Origin: a virus
Direction: 5' to 3' (one strand)
DNA: 64,000 nt
Virus record (IMG/VR): IMGVR_UViG_3300021373_003070
Below, piece after piece: positions 38,001 through 46,756 of this stretch (within the stretch, counting starts at the first letter, position 1; each line of letters starts with the position of its first letter). Position numbers and translations under genes: made by a program. A model generated the notes under the pieces. That model saw only the letters and a program-made list of their open reading frames with translations, did no database searches and was not told the origin of the DNA.

Positions 38001-40955
38001 ATTCACATCACCGATCTCGCTAATACAAATACATTGCGAGTACGTGGTACGTCATTGTTTGAGAATGATATCAGTATCGAAGGTTCTGATAGTAACGAAG
38101 CGCTAGATTGGGATAAGTCAGCGAATACATTAAACTTTAATGATGATAACTATGCTACATTCGGTACAAGTAGCGATCTACAGCTTTATCACGATGGCAC
38201 AAACTCGTTTATCAAAGAACAAGGTACTGGTCAACTAAACATTGATGGTAGTGTTGTAGCGATTCGTGATGTCAGCGATGGTACAACGATTGCCAAATTT
38301 ACCGATGGTGCTGGTGCTGATATTTCTTACAACGGCACAGTACGAATGTCAACAGATGACGGCGGTATTACTGTTACAGGTAATACAGTTGCTGATGGTT
38401 TTGTTGCAGGTGATAATGAGAAGTTACAACTCGGTAATGCTCAAGATTTAGAGCTGTATCATGACGCTTCTGATTCACGAATTGATAATAAAACCGGTAA
38501 TCTTGTAATTAGAAACGCTTCCAATGATGCTGACGTAATTATTCAAACAGATGATGGTTCAGGTTCCCAAGCAGTATATTTCCAAGCAGATGGTAGTACA
38601 GGATCAGTTAAACTTTTCCATTATGGTGCAACGAAATTAACAACAACTAGTATTGGTGTTGATCTTGAAGGCCAAGCAAACACAGATACACTACGAGTGC
38701 AATCTACCTCTGACTTCGAAGGTAGTATTAACATTCAAGGTTCTAATGATACTGATACTCTCACTTGGACCAAGTCATCCAATACTCTTAACTTCGACGA
38801 CAATAACTTTGCTACATTCGGCAATGATTCTGATCTTTCTATCTACCACGATGGAGATCATTCATTCATCTCCGATACCGGTACAGGCGCATTACGAGTA
38901 CTTTCAAACGACATTATCTTTAAAGATTCGGCGAATACTGAAACAATGGCGCGCTTTGTACAAAATGGTGCTGTTACACTCTACTTTGATAATTCACAGA
39001 AATTTATTACTACCAATACAGGTGCTACACTTACTGGCACATTAATTGCCGATGGTGTTACTGTTGGTGACAATGAGATTATTCAACTTGGTACAACCAT
39101 GCAGTTGTACAATGACGGCTCAACATCTTATATTAACGAAACTGGTAGCGGATCATTAACTGTACAAGCAAATAATCTTATTTTAGAAGATACAGGTGGC
39201 GATGATTTCGTTACAGGTGTAGCAGGTGGTACTGTTAGACTCTATTATGCTGGTGCATATAAGTTAGAAACAGATCTCGCAGGTGTAAATGTAAATGGTT
39301 CATTGGATGTATCATCGGCTCTAACAGTTGGTGGTGTTACTAGTCTCGAAAACGATATTGATATTCAAGGTTCTACGGGCGCAGACACTCTTACGTGGGA
39401 TAAGTCAGCCAACACATTAAACTTTGACGATAACAACTTTGCGACATTTGGTACCGGCGCTGACATGTCTTTGTATCACAATGGTACAAATTCATTTATT
39501 GAAAACACTACTGGTGAGTTGTTTGTAAAAGCAGATGGTCTCACATTACGAAGTACAACGAACGAAGATTATCTAACCGCTGATTTAGACGGTGGCGTTA
39601 CACTGTACTTCAATAATTCGGAGAAACTTGCAACCACTAATACAGGCGCAACACTTACAGGTACATTGATTGCCGACGGTGTTACAGTTGGTGATGACGA
39701 AATCATTCAGCTTGGTACAACCATGCAGCTGTACAATGATGGTGCTAACTCATACATTACCGAATCTGGTTCAGGCAATTTTAACTTACAGGCAAACAGT
39801 GTTGCATTAGAAAATACTGATGGTGGTAACTACTTCACCGGTGTAGCCAATGGCGCTGCTATCATGTATCATGCCGGCACAGCGCGTGTATCAACTACAT
39901 CATCTGGTGCAAGTATCACTGGAGCTCTTGGCGTAACGACAAATCTGACAGTAACAGGTTCAACATCACTCAATGGTACAGTCGATCTTGGTAATGCCGC
40001 TAGCGACAATATTGACTTCAATGGTCGCGTAAGAACTAGTATTGTACCAAACGCGAACAATACGCGTGATCTTGGTTCGTCCACCCTCGTATGGAATGAC
40101 ATCTATAGTGGCGGCGCATTTAGTGGAAATAATGGTACATTTACCGGCGACCTTACAGTTTCAGGCAATACGGCAATTACCGGTAACACTTCAGCATCAC
40201 ACTTTATTGGCAACGGTTCACAGCTTACTGATCTAAATGGCACCGCAATTACTACCGGCACTGTTGACGCTGCTAGAATTGATGCTGAGCTTACATCGAA
40301 TACGAGTGGTACAGCTGCTACTGCTACACAGCCGGCTGTTACCGACTCATCCACTGATACTGACTTTAGAGTAACCTTTGCATCTAATACCGGCCAATTC
40401 CGTGATTTGTATGCTGATTCTACATTCTTATATAATCCAGCTGACAATGCATTATATGTCGACAACTTAATTGTCAATACGGAGATTACTCTACCAGATA
40501 ATATTACAGCGCAAACAGTATCCGCTGTAGATTTCAGTGTATCCAATACGGCCACAATATTAAATCTTGAAGTGACCTCGCTTGAAGCGAACGGCGTGGC
40601 ATTTACCGGTACGGGTGGTGATGTTACAACAACAGCATCTACGATGATCGATAGCTTCCCAATTGAACAAACACGTGGATATAAGTATTTTGTACACGGT
40701 GAAGTCACTAACGACGATACAAAAGGATACGCTGTTGAAATCAACGTTATTACTACTGACACTGGCGCCGATACAAAGATTTTCTACACTCGATATGGTG
40801 AAGTTGAAAATGGTATGGGCACGGTAGAAGTTGTTCCAGAGCTAGCAAGTAATAACACGCACATTGATTTGATGGCGACATGTCCTGCAGCTACAGCTTC
40901 TGCAATTCACAGATTTAACGTACTTAAGATAGAAACTAGGGATAATGGTGTATAA
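35067..40955 (+). CDS. long tail-fibre-like protein with repeated modules
   Basis: N-terminal TFSDWLTKTNEL attachment motif; many F.DN..ATFG..DL.IYHDG..S.I / KL.TT..G repeats; internal duplications. Confidence 0.8.
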   Translation: MALLSGFDELNSANATFSDWLTKTNELILLMRGANTAPSITSVMTANSLPGGSMTFGNATLFGQFTANTMVVLNDGENDGSDDNVFANGNFGGLRGGVWNNASNTITADTLYIVSNTTYTDESVEVYVDSTYGLIVEQNIEARHDVLFVGNGGSNTNPKMHWEDADNILSFNNNVRAVFGKNAGSEVVGGTGQAEFLFVDADNRMYVNTENMNIRANTDVNFITDNFELKSDIGSELYISADVADNSTVKLYYEGNERLATNTHGIVVTGDAIVQDDLVMFDGGRIMMGNTYPYDGTQDIASYNFQIYTDGTDGIIVSGDKDLNIFVHEGFNLTNEPGTINFITANNDGSSEVVLYNNGTARLETTGAQAGEVPGVEIFGEANTTTLRVRQDANFDNDTLNSNSVHWDATNEVWNYRDSVKATFGDSDDWEMFYTAAGRAYSNTDNQDIRARTDLNVISNIVEMKSETGGELYISADVADNSTVKLYYEGNVRLSTNTHGIEVDGDVVVKDNTVIFDNNKLLMGGTYPYTGGEAIADYNFQIYTDGTDGIIVSGDKDLNIFVHEGFNLTNEPGTVSFITANNDGSSEVVLYNNGTARLETTGSQVGEVPGVEIHGEANTDTLRVEGDVRFDGSTDGITTTLNANNIEWTSLSNTMNFDDNTYLEFGTSGDFKIHHDGSHTYMQDTAGVGNVYLDTNTFIVRNAAGNENLIRAIQDDGVTLYFNNSQRLDTTNLGVDIEGEANTDTLRVQANATFESDAISPNEAALEWNSASRVLDWNDNARARFGNGVDLQIWHSSADNSSYIAESGAGNLNISGTNINIEAQDGSNYITAVDDGSVSIFFAGDGVSDNGNIARLTTTDIGVDIEGEANTDTLRVQGDVAIEDGTGTVEVTWDASNSRMNFVDEARLRFGDSADLQIWHSGTASWIADSGTGNLFIEGTNLVLRATDDTRYLVGTDGTGVEIYSPDDSVALTANNNQIHITDLANTNTLRVRGTSLFENDISIEGSDSNEALDWDKSANTLNFNDDNYATFGTSSDLQLYHDGTNSFIKEQGTGQLNIDGSVVAIRDVSDGTTIAKFTDGAGADISYNGTVRMSTDDGGITVTGNTVADGFVAGDNEKLQLGNAQDLELYHDASDSRIDNKTGNLVIRNASNDADVIIQTDDGSGSQAVYFQADGSTGSVKLFHYGATKLTTTSIGVDLEGQANTDTLRVQSTSDFEGSINIQGSNDTDTLTWTKSSNTLNFDDNNFATFGNDSDLSIYHDGDHSFISDTGTGALRVLSNDIIFKDSANTETMARFVQNGAVTLYFDNSQKFITTNTGATLTGTLIADGVTVGDNEIIQLGTTMQLYNDGSTSYINETGSGSLTVQANNLILEDTGGDDFVTGVAGGTVRLYYAGAYKLETDLAGVNVNGSLDVSSALTVGGVTSLENDIDIQGSTGADTLTWDKSANTLNFDDNNFATFGTGADMSLYHNGTNSFIENTTGELFVKADGLTLRSTTNEDYLTADLDGGVTLYFNNSEKLATTNTGATLTGTLIADGVTVGDDEIIQLGTTMQLYNDGANSYITESGSGNFNLQANSVALENTDGGNYFTGVANGAAIMYHAGTARVSTTSSGASITGALGVTTNLTVTGSTSLNGTVDLGNAASDNIDFNGRVRTSIVPNANNTRDLGSSTLVWNDIYSGGAFSGNNGTFTGDLTVSGNTAITGNTSASHFIGNGSQLTDLNGTAITTGTVDAARIDAELTSNTSGTAATATQPAVTDSSTDTDFRVTFASNTGQFRDLYADSTFLYNPADNALYVDNLIVNTEITLPDNITAQTVSAVDFSVSNTATILNLEVTSLEANGVAFTGTGGDVTTTASTMIDSFPIEQTRGYKYFVHGEVTNDDTKGYAVEINVITTDTGADTKIFYTRYGEVENGMGTVEVVPELASNNTHIDLMATCPAATASAIHRFNVLKIETRDNGV

Positions 40956-41362
40956 TGGCAAACGCAATATACGATAAATACAAAGAAGAAATATTGACGA
41001 CTGCAACAAATACTAACTTGTTGACAGAAACGGTGAAAGTGTCTCTTGTAAATTCAGATATCACATTATTTGATAGTACTGACGAATTCTATAGCGACTT
41101 AAATTCTACTGGTGGTATTCTTTCAACTGTAACTCTTGCGAATAAAACACTCGTAGATGGTGTTTTAAATGCAGACGATCTTGTTTTTTCAAGCGTTACA
41201 GGTGCAGAGTCTGAAGCACTATTGATATGGATAGATACCGGAGTCACAACTACATCGCGGCTGGTTTGTTGGTTAGACACCAATATCACTGGTTTTCCTA
41301 TTACGCCTGACGGTTCTAATATAGATATTACATGGAGCAGTTCAGGTATTTTTAAACTATAA
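40955..41362 (+). CDS. putative virion structural protein
   Basis: MANAIY.K.KE..L..KV.LV..G...ADD..F..V.G..L....D..G.P.TP.G..I...W..GIFKL pattern of phage structural proteins. Confidence 0.65.
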   Translation: MANAIYDKYKEEILTTATNTNLLTETVKVSLVNSDITLFDSTDEFYSDLNSTGGILSTVTLANKTLVDGVLNADDLVFSSVTGAESEALLIWIDTGVTTTSRLVCWLDTNITGFPITPDGSNIDITWSSSGIFKL

Positions 41363-41372
41363 GAGAAGATAG

Positions 41373-42527
41373 ATGGCAACTTCACAGAAATTTGATGCGT
41401 TAGATGGATTAGAAGTCACAGGTCAAATGACCGTGGGGGCAAATCTTGCCGTTGATTCAGATACTCTTTTTGTAGATAGTGTCAATGATCGTGTTGGCAT
41501 CAACGATTCAACACCATCATATCCGCTTGATGTAAATGGCAATGCACAAGTTACAGGTGGCATATACGTTGGCACTAATATTACTCACATCGGCGACGCC
41601 GATACCACGATCGGATTTACGACAAATCAAATTGATATTACTGCTGGTAACGTAAATGTTGCTCGAGCCAATACTACTGTGCTATCAATTCAAGCCGGCT
41701 CAGGTATTGCAGTTAGAGATGTAACCGGCGGAGCCGCTGCTTCAGAGTTTCAATCTAATTCTAGTAAACCAAACGGCTCAATTGGGGCTAACTTCGTATA
41801 TACACATGTTGTAGAAGCCGCTGGTGAGAAAGCATCCGGTGGAAGTGCAATCGTATTAGGTCAAATTGACTATACTGGTTCGGGTACTTGGTCAAATACA
41901 AGCTCAGACAATATTAAATTTGTTCTAGGTGGTGCCGATAATTATAATTTTTCGACGACCAACGCCAATTTTTACAACAATAATCTAATCAATGTTACTG
42001 ATATCACTGTAGCAAATAGTATTAGTCATGTCGGCGATAATAATACTTATTTCCAATTTAATTCTAATGATTCGGCCCGTATTGTTACTAACGGATCCCA
42101 GAGATTTGTAGCAAATAATAGTGGTGTATTCGTATCAGGCGCTTTAGATGTATCGACAGATATTACGGCTCGACGGCTTACTGTCGAAGATTATTTTATT
42201 GAAACTACTTCAACCGCTCCGGGCGGTACCGCTGTTACAATTGATTGTAACGTAGGATCAGTTGTTGAATTTACTCCATCAGGAGCATATTCAGTAGACT
42301 TTACCAACTTACCGACAAATGGAACATCAGCATTCACATTGGTTATAAATAATAATGGAACTGCTAGAGAAGCAACATGGCCGGGCTCTGGAGAAGATGA
42401 TGCAATATATTGGGCTGAAAGCGTTGAGCCACCAGCATCAGCAGGTTACGACATATATAATTTTATTGTGATTAATGGCAAAATTTATGGTTCGCTTTCA
42501 ATCCGCAATGCTGGTTGGGCACAATAA
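41373..42527 (+). CDS. short fibre protein with C-terminal docking/adaptor-type domain
   Basis: VDSDTLFVDS.NDRVGIN..P...LDVNG and H.GD..T..F fibre repeats; C-terminal WP..WAESVEPP..DIY domain. Confidence 0.7.
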   Translation: MATSQKFDALDGLEVTGQMTVGANLAVDSDTLFVDSVNDRVGINDSTPSYPLDVNGNAQVTGGIYVGTNITHIGDADTTIGFTTNQIDITAGNVNVARANTTVLSIQAGSGIAVRDVTGGAAASEFQSNSSKPNGSIGANFVYTHVVEAAGEKASGGSAIVLGQIDYTGSGTWSNTSSDNIKFVLGGADNYNFSTTNANFYNNNLINVTDITVANSISHVGDNNTYFQFNSNDSARIVTNGSQRFVANNSGVFVSGALDVSTDITARRLTVEDYFIETTSTAPGGTAVTIDCNVGSVVEFTPSGAYSVDFTNLPTNGTSAFTLVINNNGTAREATWPGSGEDDAIYWAESVEPPASAGYDIYNFIVINGKIYGSLSIRNAGWAQ

Positions 42528-42544
42528 TATAAAGGAAATGTAGT

Positions 42545-45466
42545 ATGCCAGTAGGTGGCGGTAAGGGTTTTATTGATAAAACCTGGGCACAAACATTTGA
42601 TGAAACACGATTCAAAGATGCTGCGTCAGGTACAACTGATGCAACTCCTATTTCTGTGCCTTATGGAAAGCAAGTAATTGAAATTACTGCAAGGGGTGGA
42701 GCCGCTAGCGCGCCAATACTAGATCCTGCATATTCAATTACAAAGAACGCTTATACAACGTCAAACATTACTTCGTATCCTTCGCGTACTTTCTTTAAGG
42801 ATGTATATACAACTCAGATCAATACCTCGTATCCAACAAGAACATTCTTTAAAGATTCATATACGTTATCTACAATATATCCAGCTAGGAATACTTTTGA
42901 GAATGCTTATACTACTGTAGCATATACGCAGTATCCATCGCGTGTGCAAAAGAATGCATATAATACTGTACAATTCACTGCATATCCTGCTGACGTTGCG
43001 AAGAATGCCTATACCACTCAGGTAAACACTGCTTATCCTGCTGACGTTCAAAAGAATGCTTATTCTACTGTAGCATATACACAATATCCAACCAGATTTA
43101 ATAAAGCCGCTTATAATACCGTACAGTATACGCAATATCCAATTAGATACGCTAAGTCAGCTTATACTACTGTAGCATATACGCAGTATCCACAGCGAAA
43201 CCAAAAAAATGCTTATACGACTGTAGCATATACGCAGTATCCTGCTCGTACTCAGAAAGCCGCATATAATACACAGGTCAATACGGCTTATGGTGCCGAC
43301 GTTCAAAAGAATGCTTATACGACTGTAGCATACACGCAATATCCTATTCGATATTCTAAGGCCGCATATACTACATCGACCATCACTAACTATCCTGCTC
43401 GTACATCAAAAGCAGCATATTCTACAGTAACTAATACTGCATACGGCGCTGACGTGGAAAAGAATGCATATTCTACGGTAACTAATACTGCATACGGCGC
43501 TGACGTGGAAAAGAATGCATATAATACTGTGCAGTATACACAATATCCAGCTGATGTAGCAAAGAATGCATATAACACCGTAGCATATACACAATATCCT
43601 GCACGATTTACTAAGGCTGCATACAATACATCGTCCACCACTAACTATCCCGCGCGGTTTAACAAGGCTGCATACAATACATCAGTCACCACTAATTATC
43701 CTGCACGGTTTAATAAAGCCGCGTATAACACATCAGCTACCACTAACTATCCTGCACGGTTTAATAAAGCTGCGTATAACACATCAGCCATTACTAACTA
43801 TCCTGCTGATGTTCAAAAGAATGCTTATTCTACTGTAACATATTTGTTCTACAACTCTGAAGTTCAGAAATTTTCATATTCGACATCTGTCGTAACGTCA
43901 TATCCAGCTCGTACTCAAAAAGCTGCTTACTCTTTCCAGCAATATCAACTAAGTTCGAGTAACCAAACTTATGTTCTGACAGGATTTGTTTCAGGACCAA
44001 CGCGTTGGCAAAAATCAGCATATAATGCGACTGTCACCACACAGTATCCAGCAAGATTTAATAAAGGTAGTTATAATTTAGCAGTAAATACAGATTATCC
44101 TGCACGGTTTAATAAGGCTGCATATTCTACAGTAACCAATACCGCATATGGTGCTGATGTAGCAAAGAATGCTTATTCTACAGTAGTCAATACTGCTTAT
44201 CCAGCAGCCGTAGCAAAGAATGCTTATTCTACTGTACAAACAACAGCATATGGTGCTGATGTAGCAAAGAATGCTTATTCTACAGTAGTCAATACCGCAT
44301 ATACTGCCGACCAAGAGAAAGCAGCTTATACTACTCAGGTAAACACTGCTTATCCTGCTCGATTTAATAAAAGTGCGTATACAACTCAGGTTAATACGGC
44401 TTATCCTGCACGGTTTAATAAAGCCGCGTATAACACATCAGCTACCACTAACTATCCTGCACGGTTTAATAAAGCTGCGTATAACACATCACAAACAACT
44501 AACTACCCAGAACGGTTCCAAAAAGCTGCTTATTCTACTGTACAAAATACGCAATATCCAGCTGATGTACAAAAGAATGCTTATACTACTCAGGTTAATA
44601 CTTCATATCCTATTCGATATAGTAAAGCTGCTTATAATACTGTACAATATACACAGTATCCACAGAGATTTGCAAAAGGAGCATACACCACTCAGGTAAA
44701 CACTGCTTATCCGCAGCGATTCCAAAAGTCAGCGTATACAACTCAGGTCAATACTTCATATCCTCAGCGTGTGCAGAAAAATGCATACACAACTCAGGTT
44801 AATACTGCATACGGTGCTGATGTACAAAAGAATGCCTATACTACACAGGTCAATACCTCATACCCAACAAGATTTAATAAAGCTGCTTATTCTACTGTAG
44901 CATACACACAATATCCAACCAGATTTAATAAAGCTGCTTATAATACACAGGTAAATACGGCATTTCCACAGAGATTTAATGCTGCATATACAACTCAGAT
45001 CAATACCTCGTATCCAACAAGATCATTCTTTAAAGATTCATATACATTATCTACGATATATCCTGCAAGAAATACTTTCGAGAATGCATATACAACAGTA
45101 GCATATACACAATATCCATCGCGTACATTCTTTGAGAATGCATATTCTACTATACAATATACACAATATCCATCTCGTATAACTAACTATCCGGATAGAG
45201 TTACAGCTGGTACTGCTGGAACCGATAGTGTTGTTTCATGGGTAACAGCAGACGGTTATTCTGTATCGTTTACTGCTGCCGGTGCACAACCAAATATCAC
45301 AAACTATGTAATTCGCACAGCTCAGACTTCAAACAGAAAGATATTTGATCCAACTAAAGTCGATGGTGTAGATGGAACACAACTTAATGTTTCCGTAGGT
45401 AACTCGCCAGCAGGTAACAATACAGCAGCTAATAGAGGGTTTATAAATATAAAGTACACTGGTTAA
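42545..45466 (+). CDS. 973-aa mirror-repeat protein: split Gly-containing globular domain with an ~800-aa inserted predicted beta-hairpin
   Basis: AAGGA SD; 47 units of consensus K(N/A)AY(N/S/T)Txxx(T)xYP(A/x)(R/D)xx, with unique N- and C-terminal flanks. Confidence 0.85.
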   Translation: MPVGGGKGFIDKTWAQTFDETRFKDAASGTTDATPISVPYGKQVIEITARGGAASAPILDPAYSITKNAYTTSNITSYPSRTFFKDVYTTQINTSYPTRTFFKDSYTLSTIYPARNTFENAYTTVAYTQYPSRVQKNAYNTVQFTAYPADVAKNAYTTQVNTAYPADVQKNAYSTVAYTQYPTRFNKAAYNTVQYTQYPIRYAKSAYTTVAYTQYPQRNQKNAYTTVAYTQYPARTQKAAYNTQVNTAYGADVQKNAYTTVAYTQYPIRYSKAAYTTSTITNYPARTSKAAYSTVTNTAYGADVEKNAYSTVTNTAYGADVEKNAYNTVQYTQYPADVAKNAYNTVAYTQYPARFTKAAYNTSSTTNYPARFNKAAYNTSVTTNYPARFNKAAYNTSATTNYPARFNKAAYNTSAITNYPADVQKNAYSTVTYLFYNSEVQKFSYSTSVVTSYPARTQKAAYSFQQYQLSSSNQTYVLTGFVSGPTRWQKSAYNATVTTQYPARFNKGSYNLAVNTDYPARFNKAAYSTVTNTAYGADVAKNAYSTVVNTAYPAAVAKNAYSTVQTTAYGADVAKNAYSTVVNTAYTADQEKAAYTTQVNTAYPARFNKSAYTTQVNTAYPARFNKAAYNTSATTNYPARFNKAAYNTSQTTNYPERFQKAAYSTVQNTQYPADVQKNAYTTQVNTSYPIRYSKAAYNTVQYTQYPQRFAKGAYTTQVNTAYPQRFQKSAYTTQVNTSYPQRVQKNAYTTQVNTAYGADVQKNAYTTQVNTSYPTRFNKAAYSTVAYTQYPTRFNKAAYNTQVNTAFPQRFNAAYTTQINTSYPTRSFFKDSYTLSTIYPARNTFENAYTTVAYTQYPSRTFFENAYSTIQYTQYPSRITNYPDRVTAGTAGTDSVVSWVTADGYSVSFTAAGAQPNITNYVIRTAQTSNRKIFDPTKVDGVDGTQLNVSVGNSPAGNNTAANRGFINIKYTG
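42743..45184 (+). repeat. tandem ~51-bp coding repeat array (23 units + central 31-codon unit + 23 units)
   Basis: Manual parsing of the translation; includes an exact 91-bp direct repeat at 43696-43786 and 44401-44491. Confidence 0.92.
45442..45449 (+). promoter_or_regulatory. late promoter for the oxygenase-like cassette
   Basis: TATAAATA 40 nt upstream of ATG 45489 (GAGG SD). Confidence 0.65.
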
Positions 45467-45488
45467 AACTTTATAATGAGGTTACATT

Positions 45489-46049
45489 ATGTTATTAGCT
45501 CCATCCACGGAACTTTCTCGTTTCGTAATTGTCGATAATCTTGTTGACACCGTAGATAAAATACGATTCTTTGAGAAGATTATCGGTTTTCAACCTAGAG
45601 ATCCAGAAAGCGAATTTGCATGTGATTTAGGATATCTAGAATCAGACATGAATACAAATAAAATTGTGTATGATCCCTTTCATTCTCTTATCTCTACAAT
45701 AAATTATGAAGCTTTTTTGTATGATATAGAATCTCTTGAAAAATTCATGTACGCTCGACTTACTTCAACTGCTCAAGATCATATCAAACCTCATCGTGAA
45801 ATACGATTATCTGGCTATAGAAAACAAGATCGTAAGATTACGATGCTTAGCTGTCTATCAAATAATAACGAATATGAAGGTGGCGAATTAAAAATTGATA
45901 TCGATGGAACTCTGCAACCGCAAATTATAAATTTAAAGGCCGGCCAAACGGTATTCTTTGATTCACATGTTACATGGGGAATAGAACCAGTGACGAGTGG
46001 CGAAGCAAGATTTCTATTGAACAATGCATGGGGTAAATCACAACTATGA
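45489..46049 (+). CDS. 2OG-Fe(II) oxygenase-fold protein (PKHD-like), metal ligands degenerate
   Basis: RKIT..LS...YEGGEL..G..VFF.S...PVTSG; HRE in place of HxD and W in place of distal His. Confidence 0.75.
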   Translation: MLLAPSTELSRFVIVDNLVDTVDKIRFFEKIIGFQPRDPESEFACDLGYLESDMNTNKIVYDPFHSLISTINYEAFLYDIESLEKFMYARLTSTAQDHIKPHREIRLSGYRKQDRKITMLSCLSNNNEYEGGELKIDIDGTLQPQIINLKAGQTVFFDSHVTWGIEPVTSGEARFLLNNAWGKSQL

Positions 46050-46756
46050 TTTTTAATAATGATCCCGGTCTAGAGTTTTATACATCAGAGCATTTATATG
46101 GCGCACTCATTGAACCATCTAGAATGCAAAAGCATGTGCCAGAATGGTTTAAGAAAATACCTGTTACAAAAAATATTCGTGATCAAGGTGGGTTCCCATT
46201 ATTTACGGCTAAAAAATGTTTACCTATGCTAGATGCTATGACTCTTGGTTGGGTGATTCCATTACAAAGTGATGTACATGTAATTACAAATGACGATTGT
46301 TCTATAATTCAGGCTGCAGGAAGAGAAGGCAATCAAATACAAGCCGTACAAGGCCACGCGTGGGATCAAATTGCATCTGAAAAATGGCCGGGCTTTAAAC
46401 AAGATCCGTTGAAGTTTATTAATCATTGGCGAATCAAAACTAAACCCGGCTGGTCATGTTTATTTCAAGCAATGCCAAATTCAGTGCAATCTGATTTTAC
46501 ATGTTTGAGTGGTGTTGTTGATACCGACACATATATGAATACTATTAATTTTCCAGCTGTTTGGAATACGCCAAATGCAGATATAACTTTAAAAGCAGGT
46601 ACGCCATTAGTGCAAGTTATTCCATTCAAAAGAAATAAGATGGATGCTAAAATCAGAACAGCTACAGATCGCGAAGAAAGAAAAAGAGATATACTTGAAA
46701 AGGCGCAAGGAACAAGAACGGGCGTATACACTCAAGAATTAAGAGAAGTTAGATAA
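46046..46756 (+). CDS. DUF6065-like (dUTPase-like fold) phage protein
   Basis: PEWFK..K.C.P.LD.MT.G..IP..D..KF.N.W.I.T..GWS.LF..GVVD.D..INFP..GTPL.QVIPFKR. Confidence 0.65.
   Translation: MIFNNDPGLEFYTSEHLYGALIEPSRMQKHVPEWFKKIPVTKNIRDQGGFPLFTAKKCLPMLDAMTLGWVIPLQSDVHVITNDDCSIIQAAGREGNQIQAVQGHAWDQIASEKWPGFKQDPLKFINHWRIKTKPGWSCLFQAMPNSVQSDFTCLSGVVDTDTYMNTINFPAVWNTPNADITLKAGTPLVQVIPFKRNKMDAKIRTATDREERKRDILEKAQGTRTGVYTQELREVR

Noticed and set aside
42743-45184. CRISPR array or non-coding tandem repeat
   Set aside because: Units are in-frame, degenerate mainly at synonymous positions, have no unique spacers, and no cas genes are present.
42743-45184. DNA inverted repeat or cruciform explaining the mirror symmetry
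   Set aside because: The arms share direct, same-strand repeats; complementarity is seen only at the amino-acid level.
42545-45466. Multi-core RiPP precursor processed by the adjacent oxygenases
   Set aside because: No protease, leader or transporter is seen, and mirror-register complementarity makes sense only for an intact folded chain. Not fully excluded.
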